A stretch of DNA of 64,000 nt from Catajapyx aquilonaris (GCA_000934665.2 KZ537979.1:62001-126000); one strand, 5' to 3'. Positions 51,231 through 64,000 are shown, counted from the stretch's first letter. Made by a program: numbers and translations. Notes: a model not told the origin generated them from the letters alone.

Positions 51231-52779
51231 ACCCGCCTCTCCCCACTCTCTACAAGTAGGCGATTCTACAGCAGCAGTTTGCGTCGACGGGATAGAGTGA
51301 CAAAAACCGAGTTCAGATTCTCCCCCCTCCCCCCACCCTGCCCTCCTTCCACATTGATTGATGCAGACCACTGTATTTCTGGCCCAGAGATTGGGAACGG
51401 GGGAAAATATCGTGAAAAATCAGCTAGGCAGAAAGGGGTGACGTTTTCCCCAAGAGGACTCCTGGGGGTGAAATATTGGCAGGGGAGAAGAGGTGCTGGG
51501 GGATGGAGGAGGAGGAGGAGGGAGAAAAAATGAGACTTTTTGATTCACGGTTCACCTGACATAGTCTCAAAATCAGACAAATCAGGCCGAATCAATTTCA
51601 TGCCGCTTGAGTCGACCAAGATGCCTTCCGCTGGTATTAAAACCAGCTTTAAAACTGCAATCGTACTTTGCTGATCAAACGTTAAACAAATATTGTATAA
51701 GTTGGTGTCACGCCACGTGTGCGGGGCATTACCTTAAACCAACAAACCTTTTATGCCTGTTGTAATTTTAATTACGGTGCTAATGATGTTGGAAAACCTT
51801 ACGGCCCATTTAGAAGGACAAGGCCATTACAGCAAGTTCAACAATTTGCCACAGCATGCCCCCTAATGGCAGTTAAGCTATTTCTTTGCGTAAAAATCGT
51901 TTAAGCGAGCAGAACATTTCCGGGAAATATGTGCATACGCTAAGTGAACAAACAGTACACGTTGTTAAATAAACACGGCTGTAAGCGGTGGTGGGTGACT
52001 TCGAAATTTTTTATCCCGCCATGAAACCGCATGTAGCTACATAAAATAACGGCTTTCCTGTTTTCCTCTATTATTCGATGTGTTCATCCGATTAACTAGG
52101 AAAGTCACTTTAAGTTCACCTGCACTGGCATTTACCACAAATTGAAAATACTATGAGCCCCCGGCGATGGTGGGGATTCGTGATTTGGCGCAAATTGCCA
52201 ACTGGGACGTTACGTGCACACAAGTCATATGCAGCCCCAACACAGTGGGGCTTCTGCACACTGTACATTGCAAAGCATCTCTGCTACAGTGCCACTGCTT
52301 TATAAACTACCCCAATTTTATACAAAAAAATGAGTACAGGTTGACACCTAGTCTGCTTCTAAACAATACGACGCCTTTACTGAGCTGACCATGGGTGAAA
52401 CACGATCTAAGCACATAGTGCACGGACACGTCGTGGTCTCGAGGGGGTTCCCAGGTCCTCTCAACTTTAAGTGCTAAAGTCCGAATCGGGTTGACTATTT
52501 TCCGTGTCAGCGTCATTTGGGCTTCTAAACTGATGGTTTCTCCTAACTAAAGTTGTTGCAACCAGAGTAGGGTGTAGTCACGTCATCCTTTGTTAGAAAG
52601 CCATATGGTAGGAGCATGATTAGAATGTAAATTTAGGGTTTCATTTGCGACTGTAATATGTCTTTGAGCAAAATAATGAACATGGACGACAAAAAGCGTA
52701 ACACCTGCGTGCACCTTGGGTGTACTTGCTACAGGCTGGTTGTTTGTGTAATTCCCTTGCAAGTAGGGTGGTAGTGTTG

Positions 52780-54030
52780 TCGCCGCGGGATCAGCCCCAT
52801 CGATTCAGGAAGCACTTCACTTTCAACGCAGAGCTCAACTTTGGCAAGTTATCCGCTTAGGGCCACATTTCGCCTGCGTCGCCAACAGGGCATATCTCCC
52901 ACTCCGCCCCGTCAGTTTATCTGCCAGGATTCTCTTTCGCTCATTTTCAGCTGAATACTCATTTTTAACAGCCATGTTTACCAAGCCAGATCTATCGATA
53001 AGGGCTGAGTGCGAGGAAATGACTTCTCTTGGTGGTTATGTGACCTAGGCCAGCCCAAACCTTCTTGCATCCGGTTTCAACCCTTAATCAGGCCTAGATT
53101 CACATTTGTGGCCTACAGTTCGCACCAAGCTCATTTGTCAGATGGTCTATTTTCCTCATCTTTCGCTGGCTCATCTGTAAACATTTTCAAATGATGAATG
53201 CCTGCAGAGCCGACGCTACACATCTGTTTTGATTTCTTCGCCTACTCTAATCTTCAAAAGGTCCGAGAGTTTACAGTGCACTGTAAATAGCAGGCTGGAA
53301 AGAGTTATCAGTGTAATTAGGTAAAATGAGTAGGAGAAGCAGAGGGCTGGAAAGCGACCTAAGCAGCACAAGAAGCCTGACTGACAAATTGGAAATTATA
53401 AAAACAACCTTCTTCAGTTTTTTTTTTAAAGATACACATCTTGAAGATTAAGGAAGATCCGTCTGAGAGCAACACATTCGCTAGCAACTGGCAGGTGGCT
53501 GGAGAATTAACATTTTAAAATATGATAAATTATATTAATTAAGTACGAATTATGTAGAATAAACATGAATGGAAATATGTAAATACTTTCACCTAATTAG
53601 TGCATAATGTGAGAAGTGGTGCAAAGGGGCGCCTGCGCATGATGTGAAATGTAGAACAAGAGAGGCTTGATGGTTGCATGCAGTCCAGGATATTTCCATT
53701 GTCTCCGCGCACGGTCAATTCATTCCGGTGCCATTGCAGTATTTATCCCCGCCTGTAATGTAATAACGGAAGTCTACGCTTTCGCTTTCAGGTCGCGTAG
53801 TTCGGCGGAACCACGCTGTGAATACAGTCCACCCAATCTTCAGCGCCCGTCTAGTCGATAAGGTTCAGGGGTCAAACAACACGCTCAATGAACTTCTCTA
53901 TAATGCCCCATTTTTCAACTTGTATCCAGTCGACCTCTCCAAGGTATTTTTTTCTGACATGAATTGGCTCGCATTGAGTCAAGTCGTGAGCATTTTTCTC
54001 GTTTCGTAATGGCCAGAATATAGCCCTCTT
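52780..54030 (+). mobile_element. L1 ORF2 relic: APE plus linker
   Basis: SAPS..QRRAQLWQ (YAP...R.+LW), GNDFSW (G..FTW), HLSDG (LSDH), then GYFHCLRARS (+YFF..+K.R) and LYNAPF. Confidence 0.5.
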
Positions 54031-55139
54031 GGCCACCTTACCATACTGTATCCCCAGTGTGGTATTGATGTGCAAATCTGTAGCAGGCCACCGTTTAAAT
54101 TAACAAACTAACCCTACTAAACCGTATGAATCAGATCCGGCGGTAATGAACTGTCTTTTCCACTTACCACCCGTGACTGAAGTTTTCAGCACAGCCAGGG
54201 GACAAGTAACAATCCGGGCAAATGTTTCAAAATCAAATTATTGGCTTATTGTCTCCTACAAATGCACACCTGCTCCACATGAACGGTAGGCCTCTGAACA
54301 ATTTACCATCCAGTTAATTAATTTTTGCTTTATAGGGACAACCCTGCTAAATCATAACCAAAGGTTTGCAGTACTGTGCTGTGGAAAAATTCGAGCGCAA
54401 AGTAACCACTTGTTCCTGCAAAAAAAACGGAGTAACTTTTCCGCATACTGGAAAAACACAGCGTCATTAGAGCGACTCTAAAAATGACAGGATATTCCAC
54501 TCTCAACATGATTGGTTTCGTTGTATGAAGAGCATTATCATTGTGGTAGGTCGTCTTCCTCGGGGTTTCACTAGAGATTTAGTCCTTTTTAATGTCGGGC
54601 CCTAATCAGTCAACGTTAGTGCGTGGGCATGCCGGGCAATAAAAAAAGGACCGTACCCTCACATCAAATCCACAACTACGATCGCATTTGTCATCCTCAA
54701 CTCATACTGGGCAATAAAACATTATAATTACACTGCTATTGTTGCATTGAACGCCAGTGCAATTCCCAACGGTTTATGATATCTACATCAATAGTACATT
54801 AAATACACGTGCCATGCATACGTGTCATAAATTATCGGACTGTTCGTTTTGTTTCTGTTTTTTTTACCACGTGGTATCACAACAATGGGAACGCGCCATT
54901 AACCAGCATCACGGACCAATGCCTGGTTGTAACAAAATAATGAAAGAAAAGTCATAAAGCTAATATTACTAGCCCGCTCCACTGATCCCATCTGCAATCA
55001 AGCTAGCAACAACATCCAAACCCTCTCGTAAACAATTTCCTTGTCCAGATTTCCAAGCTAGAACATCTCTAAAAACAGATTAAATTGCCGCCATTCCAGC
55101 ACCTTCGGACCCCCAAATTCGTCATGTCACAATGTCCAC

Positions 55140-55290
55140 ACACCAGCCAGGGATTAATCCCGAAGGCAAAGATTGATCCCACCTAGTTGACAGAGTCCTC
55201 ATCTTGGGGGCCCCAGTTGCGTGCGTAGCCCTTGACATACAAGATCGCTCAAGAGCAGCAGCAGGCGAGGTCTTGTGCAGCTAAGCGATA
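55140..55290 (+). mobile_element. Short L1 post-RT relic
   Basis: GINPEGKD*SHLV...APV..VALDIQDRSRA resembles WG.N.EGK.K..L+AW...P...GLG+.D....A. Confidence 0.4.
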
Positions 55291-55559
55291 GCATGAACGC
55301 TCCTAGAAAGCTAGTCAATTCGAAGCAATGCACGAAAATGTAAGTCAAAGTGCGTGGGTATTACGAAACTGCCTAAATTTTTTTGCCCCCCTTTTATTAG
55401 GGTGAGTTACACGCTTATGGATGTGTTTACAGCCCGGTGCATCAGGCGTGTAAATGGTCTACAGCGGATAGGCGGCCAACGGAAAGCCATCTAGACGTTA
55501 TCTGCCCGGCTGTTCATTACTGTGTGCTTCCACACCTCAGACACGCTGCGATTGAGCGG

Positions 55560-55880
55560 TGATACACCGTCTAAAGAGATCAGATTTGGAGTAAACATCT
55601 CAACATTCAGACCTCCAAATGTGGCCTTGCCCCTGCCAAGTTGACCACAAAGTCTGGACAAGTGCCAGAGTTTCTTAGAATCATTTCTTAACCCCCAAGG
55701 CAAAGTCTGCAGCTGAAGAAGCCCAGCGCGTGTGCACTCCAATCTTCCTGGATGATCGTGTCTACCAGGACTTCCGCAAGATTCTTTTTCCTTCCACTCA
55801 CCTTCCTTGGCGCCTATCGATTCGAGCCTCCAACCACAACCAGAAGTCTGCCCTTTTGCGACACCTTGTGTTAGGAATCG
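55560..55880 (-). mobile_element. L1 ORF2 post-RT relic
   Basis: GEWKEKE..SPGR, LECTRAGLLQLQTL, PWGLRNDSKK..HL, QLGRGKATFGGLNV. Confidence 0.55.
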
Positions 55881-56879
55881 CCTTTGTTGCTTGTAATTTT
55901 TCTTCATTTGTGGTATGCGCAGTCGAAATTAATCTCGGGGTTCATGCGTCACTTGCGTACGTTTGTCAAAATGTGTGCATATGACGGTCCAGAAAAGCAG
56001 ATATGTGAGCCCGTCTGTTATTTGTGACTCGTAAGGACGCTTTGACCGACATGAACCGGGCTTTTGTTCTAGCAACAGAATGAAATTCCATACGAGTTCC
56101 CATGGGGTCTATTGCGGGATTCAACTTCAATTACTGTATCTGGACAGTATGCGTGGTTGCGATCTGTCTTTTTTCGGTGTAATTCAAAATAAAACAGTTC
56201 CATGCTCAAACAGCAACAATACTGTCAACGAAACGCAAACTGAAATTCACGCTCTATCAACAAAAGTCACCACCGTGAGCATCCAATTAAAATTTTTAGG
56301 GCTACAATGCACCGTGCAATGTTTACAGAAATGTTCCGAATGCACAGTGACAATTTTGTGCCACAAAATGACCAATATATAGTCAGCAAACAAATGAAAT
56401 CCACATATTTTGTCAGTTTATCGTATGGTGAAGTCCATTTAGTTCTAAAGATTCGTAAAAAGCCAGCAGGTCAGGATTTTCTGTCTTCCCTATCATGAAT
56501 GCTCTGGATTATGTCGGATTTGGTAGATTTCTCCGGCCGATGCACATGAAAAGTGAGCACACTGCACCTATGCACTTCGGCGCTGGAAATAAAATGGCTT
56601 CCACCGCAGCAACGCGAAGACTCTCGCGGGACACGCACATCACTTCCCTGACATAATCCCATCAATTATGCCCATAAAACAGTTTCCATATGCTTGTCAT
56701 TGGGTAATGAATACTATTGGCAGCTCCTTCGTCAGCTGAGCTCCCCACACACGATGGCGGTGGACTCCATCCAGACTAGGCCAGCTTCCGTGACGGTCTC
56801 CCCCAAGGCTGGTGGCCGGCAAAGTAAGCAAGCTCGCGTGCCACCCAAGAATTTCTATTCACGCGTCCGCCTCCGCTCC

Positions 56880-57120
56880 GGAATAGCCATGCAGTCTACT
56901 TACTGCATTAATTTACAAATTTCCCCAAGAGGGCTCCGTGCCATGCTATGGGCTTCCAACTTCCCTGGAATCGTCTTCAAATCGACGCCATTTCATCCCC
57001 CCTACCCCTCCTTGGCCCTCCCTCGATAATTAACCATTCTTTGGCCCTCCGTGATCATTTATGGTAAGCTTTCAAAGCCAGTCTTTGCTCCCCAGTCGGC
57101 TACTGGCGTGGGAAAACTTG
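56880..57120 (-). mobile_element. Possible L1 post-RT relic
   Basis: DWGAK, AKEG*GG*NGVDL and ALLGKFV. Confidence 0.35.
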
Positions 57121-58079
57121 CTCCGACCTTCATGCAAGGTTTACTCGGCCCTCTTTTTATGCTCCTTGGCAATTTCACACTGCGCTCCAGTAAAACCACC
57201 TGAATTTACTACGTGACATTTCGGCAATGCCCTGGGAGAGACAGGGATGGAGACAAAAAATATAAATGAGCGCAGCCTGAGCGTTTGAAGTAGCGGGACA
57301 TCCACGCGGCAGGGCTTAACGGTTCATTTCCTTTTATGCGCTTCATGTGCCATGCTGCTTCTCACCTGAGCACACATTTTGTCAAATTATCTACAAGGAA
57401 CGGCTAAAGGGTCTCATGCGCAATCCGCTCATTTTTATGTGCTTCAGGTGGGCCACAAAAATGATGGAAATCGCTGATCTTTTGATGGAATTCGGTGGGT
57501 TGCAACGCAGGTCCCCCAAATATGTGACCAGAAATTGTTTGTGTGCTCAACTAATTGTCAGGGGAATGCTCGTGCAGAAAAGGATTCCCATCAGTCTTAC
57601 TCAAGGATAACACAGATTTGGTGTGCGATAGGAGCACTGGAAGCCAACAATTACGGCATGTATCGTTATGCATAGACCGTCACGCACGAATATTAATAAC
57701 ACGCTCCTCTTAATAAAATTGTTCGCTATTAAGAGGAAGCTTGGTTTTATTTTGACGCTATCATGCTTTCATGTGCACTTGGGGATTTTTATAAATGTTA
57801 GAGGTTTCAATTATAGCCCTGCGCATACTCCATTGTTCAAGCTGCGCCTGGCACGTCATCTTCCCACAGCACAAAGGTCAGCCACGAACCATAATATTTT
57901 TAAAAAAATGTCCAGTACTCCAATCCGGCTACTACTGTACTGCAGAAACGTCTGGCCCCGCATTTTCCAAAGCAATTGGAATGTTATAATCTGTACCTCT
58001 ACGCTGGGGCTTGCTAACGAGCTGGGTTCGCCTGATGGGAATAATAAGTGCAGAGAAGGGGAAAAAAAATTTCCCCCTA

Positions 58080-58760
58080 GCCCAAGCCTGCAAACCATTG
58101 GAGTCCACTGTGGCGGTAGCATGATGACCGAAAGGTTCAGAAAACGACTACTGCCATACAGCAGCACGCTCATCAATTTCTGCCCTTCCTTCCGCTACAT
58201 CACTTCTCAGCCTAGTCCAATCGGATCATTTACACTCCAGTCACAAGTAGGGCGAAACGGCAGTATATTGCAGTTTGCAGTGGACACGTCCAGGCCCAGA
58301 TTTGCCTGCCTGCTCACATCTACTGCCCATTTCAAAACCCAGCATGATGAACCTGATTTCCAGGAGACCTGCACAAAAGACGGGGGCTAGTGTCCTATTC
58401 TATTAGTCCAAATGAGGTGGTGGATTTACCAGATGCGGATGACAGTTCACGTGTGGGAAGGATTCTGAGGAATCCTCGAAAAGAAATGAAGGATTGAATG
58501 AGTCCGGGGCTAAGAGCTCTTCGATTAGCGCCAGGGTTGTGTATGCGGAGGCACAAGAAAAACAAAATGGGTCCCAGAAACACAGCGGAAGGAAGGAAGG
58601 AAGGAAGGAAGATGTGCGGGCTGCAGAGTAAAAAGCCTGGGCTTTGCCAGGAAGGCTGAGAGGAATTTAGAAGGAGCCAGCTGAGAGCCTAAGAAAAGCT
58701 TCGGATCAGGCTTTGCTTTCTAAACGGACGAGCTGCGACCCACCCTACACTCCATGCTGG
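58080..58760 (-). mobile_element. L1 reverse-transcriptase relic
   Basis: LVRLESKA* (LD..KAY), QAFYSA, ALSPGL (PLSP.LF), SGKSTTSFGLIE*DTS (LFADDT), LGLDVSTANCNILP (SG.++N..KS.++P), G*EVM..EGQKLMSVLLYG (GC++...G...YLG). Confidence 0.55.
58587..58610. repeat. (GGAA)6 microsatellite
   Basis: Directly visible; lies inside the RT relic. Confidence 0.95.
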
Positions 58761-59439
58761 CAAGACCAATACTCATTCCCTAAAGAGACACTGTTCATTT
58801 GGTGTCATAATAATTATGTGGGAGATGGACTTACCACACATTGGGTCGCCTGGCAGTCTTCTTATTTGAACATTCGTTGCGCTCCGTTTCCTGGAAAAGA
58901 AGAAGGTATATGAGCGATTGACCAAGAACAGCCAGAGTCCAGCCCCATGCACGTCATTCCCACGACAGATTCCGGCTTGCAGCAGTCGACTCTTGCCTAA
59001 TTAACTTCGCGGCTGGAGGTTTTTGATCCACGCCCTCATGGAGTGGAATATTCATGTAATTACCACCTGTGATCACGCGTGTAACTGGAGCAATTACACA
59101 CATCACGATAGACTTGCGGCACAATTACATGCTGGGGAGAAGTGAAGGTGATGGAACATGACAATACCTTCCCCAGGCTATGATGCTACATTTGAAAAAT
59201 ATATATTTCCCAACATTTACACGTGAAGCGTGTTTGAAGCAATTCAAGTGGCATATACAAATCGATTCTGAGCTACCCAAAGTAGTAGACGGCTGGTGGC
59301 GAGAATGAGGAGAAAAAGATAATCCGGAGCTCATTGCTTGCCAACTAGCGAAAATCTCCCCCAATTCGTAGCACTCGTAATCCACTAATCAATATCTATT
59401 ACAGACGGCAGCCGCCAAGTAAATTCCTTCTCCCAGCTC

Positions 59440-59900
59440 ATCAAGAAACTCTTACACTCGCCCTATCCGTCTTGATTCCCTCAGCTCACCACTCTTGTTA
59501 CACAGAAAAGGAAACCGCGTGCCTACTTGTGATTTCGTTCAAATATCCCAAGCAGGCTTTGTCGCCGAGCTACATGCAGGGCAGGGAAAAGTCTTCTATA
59601 GTGTGTACACAGTATAACCGAGAGACTCTTGAACTCATCTGAACAAGGCTGGAAAGACTACAAGCCCAGACTGGCCATTGTCCCAATGCAGGGGCAGCAA
59701 GATCCAATCGTGGAAATTAGTCTGCCTGGTTGAAAGGGAAACAAATGAAATCCGATTTGCCAGACCTCCACATTACACAAAATCCACTTGCTCTTCCAAC
59801 CTGCTTGGAGATTCAAGGCAAGGTCATCACATATACACACAGCATCATGTTTCCAGCCGCTGTCAGAATCTATTTTGCATACTTCGCACTTGCTCAACCA
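59440..59900 (+). mobile_element. L1 APE C-terminus and linker relic
   Basis: SYTRPIRL (SDH.PI.+), KRKPRAYL*F, AARSNR..AWLKG (RSR..W+..G), LEIQGKVIT (L...+G.++T). Confidence 0.4.
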
Positions 59901-60289
59901 TGTTAAATGCGAAGTAGATCTAAATATTTCTTGTGGGAAACCGCATTAGAGTGTAGTGGTATAGTGTTGAACGCATCATGTTGCAGCTCACACAGCCAGC
60001 TAGTTGAAATCGAAAGTGGTATCATTTCGAAATCAACGGCGTCAATTAATCAATAGCCCGTGGACATTGACAACAGGGCGATATTAGTAAAATAAATCGC
60101 GACTGTGAACCTGCATTAATTTGAAAATTTCGATTACATGCACCCCCATGCCAGCACACACCTGTCCCGTTTCTGACTTTGGGATATACCCGAGTCTGTT
60201 CTTTTGCTTCGACAGAGAATGACGAAGTCGTTCCACATGACCACTCATTTCACCACACACCATTCTTTTCTATCCATCAAAGTCATTGC

Positions 60290-60620
60290 ACCACACGGAT
60301 AAGAACGGCAAGGTGAATGTCCACCAAAGGCCGCAACAGGACACACATTTGGTAGTAGCAGATGACTTGTTTGACTAAGCCGAACAAAGAATATTTTGTC
60401 AAGCTTGTAGTGGAGGTTGTCCACCTTGCAATGCAAGAAAGCCGGAAGACGTAGGACGTGGTGCTAGCACGGTCCAAAAGGAAAAGAGGTGGGGGCCTAC
60501 ATAGAAGGACACAATTTATATCGAGTTGGCCGCAGCCAGGGATGAAGTGGCTTTTGGGCTTCCTAACGACGCGGGCCAATTTCCGAGATGGCGCCGACTT
60601 GCTCTGCAAGCGCTAAATCA
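60290..60620 (+). mobile_element. L1 ORF2 post-RT relic
   Basis: MSTKGR (LS..GR), T*DVVLARSKRKRGGGL (AWD.+A+.K..GGLG), MKWLLGFL. Confidence 0.55.
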
Positions 60621-62769
60621 CAGTTCTCCTCTCTTTCCTTTTCCCTCTCAGGTCCTTGGTGTGGACGTCCATTTATGTCCACCTCGCCAAAAACTAGCAG
60701 CTATTGTGAACACTGAACAAAATTTTCAGAATTCTCAAAAAAAAAAAAAAAAATGGGACATCGTGGCAACCCATGATTATTATCGAGAAGTGTCATTTTT
60801 AGGAAGTGTTCTCAATATTTATTAAAATACGTATGGCTTTGAAATTGGTAAAACATTAAAATCCATTTCACGCTTACCGTCACGGTTAAAGACATAAGTG
60901 ATACAGTATCGTCGTGGGGGCTGGACAACTGTCGTCATTAACCCCTAGTAAACGAGTACTAGGCTCGACTAACGTTTGATCCTTCATTGTAATGGACAAC
61001 CAGCACTCACTTTTCAAACGACGATGATTGATCTCGGCTTGATCGAAGGCCATTAGTGAAATCAACAAAATAATTACACAAGTTGATGTAATTATTGTAG
61101 TCAATTTGCAAATTGCAAGCGACGCTGATGTTACTAATACTTGACGGGAGCGTGGAAAAGCGACGGGAAGCGGGTCGCGTTTACACTATGTACACCAAGA
61201 GTCAATAGTGAACTAAACGAGCTCCATTGGGGCACAGCCAGCTCTGTCGCACTACATACTACGGTCTCACGTCTGTCGCATTCTCCAAGAACTCTCCATT
61301 ACAAGCCATTAACCCTTCAAGTACTACAGCCTACGACCACCAGCTGATGAGTTTCCCTTGAACTCCCGGAATCACACCATCAAGATTGCCCTACTTTTTT
61401 TTAGAGGGGGGGGGGGGTCCTGGAAGGATTTTTGCATCAAACATTTTCAGCTTCACCTCCATTTTTATTTGCAGTGACACTGCATGCTGTAATGCCAATG
61501 GATTGCAAGGGCCGACAACAATAATAATGCAGTTTAATTATGTAAGCTGGCACATAAAATGTCAGATTTTCCGTTTTTTTTGCCTTCCGTTGCCATGGGA
61601 ACCTCTTTCCGTGAGACATCTCAATATTTTCTGGATTTCCTGGATACTTCCTGAGTATTATTGCAAGTTGTGCAGGTCAAATGTGCACAACCTCCGAATA
61701 ATTTTTTGCACAAAATTCGAAAGAAAGGTTGGTTTATACTTCCTATAGCTATATTGTATAGACTACGAAATGACACTCTGCTAAAACAACCATACATTTT
61801 CCCTTGCATTTTCCGTCATTTTTGGTCCCATTTTTGCAAATAATAATAATATTATTATAATTGGTTACACTGTGATAGTGGCTCTGCAAAGTAAAGAGCT
61901 TCACACTTTATATAGCCATGTACAAATATTAATATCTCAGGTTTCTGCCAAAGACTCGTCTTCACAACTGTCATTTGCTATGCTAATTATCGCAGGTAAA
62001 AAGCTAGTAACCGACAAAATCCACAGTTGTAATCTTATAAGCCCGAAAAACACACAATGGCGGCAGAATCTTAACTGACATCAGGCTCGCGATTCGTTAG
62101 AATAAAAAACCAACGACTTCCTCAAAATCTGGTTGGAATAATGACACATCTAACAGAAAAGTGTGAAAAAAATGTCTTCACCAGTAGAAGCAGTAGGCAT
62201 GGGCAGGGAGAGAATTTGACGGCTTATTTTATGGCTGGCATAGCAGCGCAAGCTCACATTTTTGAACGAATGCAAGCCAGCTCGAATTACTCACACTCCC
62301 CATATCATCATACAGCTGATGTGTAGGTGTGCACCTGTGTCTTGCCACATCAAAGCGGTCATGATGGCCGCAACTTTTCACGTCGTCATTAGCACCGAAC
62401 AAAAATGCGATTGGAAAAGTTCTCTTGAAATTTACATGGCTAATGAGAAAGACGGTCCCTAATGGTCCCGGGTTTTTTTTTTGCAGTTCTAGGTACACAG
62501 GGATGAATCGCTTTCTAGGCTGGATACAATTTCAAGCCATTATCAATCACTCACATGACGTTGTGATGCATGACTCGTGTGGGCTAGTTCAATCCCAACT
62601 GTGTGTGCCGACTATAGCCTTTTGCCAAACATGTGATTCGCCTTTGAAATAAAAAAATCATTTAATGTTCCGACAGTTATGGATTATGGTGGGGTAACTG
62701 CCAAAAACAATTACAAGCTTAACAGAGTGCAATAAAAAAGAGGGGCAAGTTGACGTTTTTTTTTTTTTG

Positions 62770-63000
62770 AAAGGCATAATACTGGCATGAGAGGCTCGTT
62801 GATCATAATACTTCAGGCCAAAATAATGTTGTGTCCGATAAGATTGTACTCGTACATCGAGGGTGTAGGATACTAGGTTCAGAAGGGCGTGACCATTTTC
62901 AGGCTGGAAACTTTTTCCTCATTTTTGGACCCCCAGACAAAGTGCTGAACATGTCAAGCTGGGATATAAAAATACTCTAACGACAATTTCTTTCCTATGT
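62770..63000 (+). mobile_element. Possible L1 RT C-terminal relic
   Basis: NNWHERLVDHNTSGQNNVVSDK (N+....L..+..ASG.++...KS) and VGY*VQKGVTIFR. Confidence 0.3.
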
Positions 63001-63499
63001 CCAGAGCATAAAAATGTGGGCACAAGCCATTTACGAAAATGGTAGCTGGACGTGTAGCCTAAAACAACATCAACCTATATATCACTAGACAAATTTATGA
63101 CGTTTAATGTCCAACACAGTCATTGCGTTATATTGAAATTGCCACAAGATACAGCCAATAGAGCCCTGTAATAAATAGTTCATCTACTCACCCAACATAC
63201 CCTAATTTTGTACCATCATGGCCATGTGCAAGTCCCATACGCAAATACCGAATCATGTTCTGTGGCTGGGCTGTTCATACGATACGACCTTATTCGTGTA
63301 ACGACTGTACTTATGCAATTAATTTTCACCCTATTACAGTTTCAATCATTGCCATGTGAACATGATTTTACAGGCTGAGCACCATGTCGAATGTCATAAT
63401 GCAACACAGCCAGGTACAAGCCGAGTGATGTGTGCTCATGTTTTGAACTTGGCATCGATGCAGTCTAGTTGGGCAATTTGTTCACCATTATGGTCACGA

Positions 63500-63840
63500 A
63501 AAGGGCTTCAAGAAGCGCACGAAGACTAAAAAGCTTGATGATACTTCAGAGCAAGACTTGATAGCTTTTTGATTAGGATCAAGAAGAAGAGCTTTAAAAA
63601 ACCGTCCTGGGTGTGGAGGGTTTTGAATAGCTGGCGCAAACGATTCATAAAATCAGCAGGATCACGAGGCATGTGTGGCACAGCGCAAGAATGTAATTTC
63701 CACGTGGATGGCCACTGAGCTTTGCTGCAGCATATCCGCCATGGCTGACATATTTCCCCGGTAAAGTACTCGCCCAATATTATGATGACCTTGGACTACA
63801 TATGAGAATACTCGTCATCAAGAGTGTTATTCCACATTTT
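63500..63840 (-). mobile_element. L1 RT C-terminus/post-RT relic
   Basis: *SKVIILG (KS.++.+G), QPWRICCSKA, DFMNRLRQLFKTLHT..LILIKKLSSL (K+.K+L..W....++LIK.+L). Confidence 0.45.
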
Positions 63841-64000
63841 TTCCAGCCCTAATTTTTTTGGAAAAAATTCTGGTATTTCCCGCAGTGTAATTGAGATGCA
63901 GCTGGAAATACCTGAGTGCCTGTTCGCACAAGCAAACCCTCCCCCCACCGTAACGCGTGTAAATTCCAGCAAGAAAACACGGTTTCAAGTGGTCTCTTGA

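Noticed and set aside
57705..57737. 11-bp inverted repeat TCCTCTTAATA/TATTAAGAGGA
   Set aside because: Short and AT-rich, with no TSD or second copy found; cannot be called an element or terminator.
57668..58390. Longest ORF (240 aa, + strand) as a host gene or APE start (INVRGFN)
   Set aside because: No coherent domain follows the motif, and its 3' half is antisense to a minus-strand RT relic; likely an incidental open frame.

Overview
Eukaryotic, apparently gene-free window. It is probably from a plant lineage, because the retroelement architecture (DUF4283-like ORF1 with a zinc knuckle, then APE-RT-zf-RVT ORF2) is that of plant L1-clade LINEs; the taxon is an inference. I find no intact host gene, rRNA, bona fide tRNA, CRISPR array or prokaryotic operon, and none of the listed ORFs looks like a functional CDS. 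Reading across stops and frameshifts on both strands, much of the window resolves into about 45 heavily decayed L1-type fragments (ORF1, AP-endonuclease, linker, reverse transcriptase, post-RT/zf-RVT) in both orientations. These calls were made by eye from degenerate motifs, so boundaries are approximate (about +/-50-100 bp) and need profile-HMM confirmation. Also present: a 71-bp pogo/Tigger-like mini-element with TA duplication; at least 26 TACAGTA/TACTGTA heptamers resembling Tc1/mariner excision footprints; a second TIR family seen at two loci; near-perfect palindromes; two minisatellites; (AAT)25 and a compound trinucleotide microsatellite behind a tRNA-like head; a promoter-like island at about 25.2-25.7 kb; and an assembly gap flanked by C41 and G12. 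I did not find convincing evidence of a new protein-coding system.
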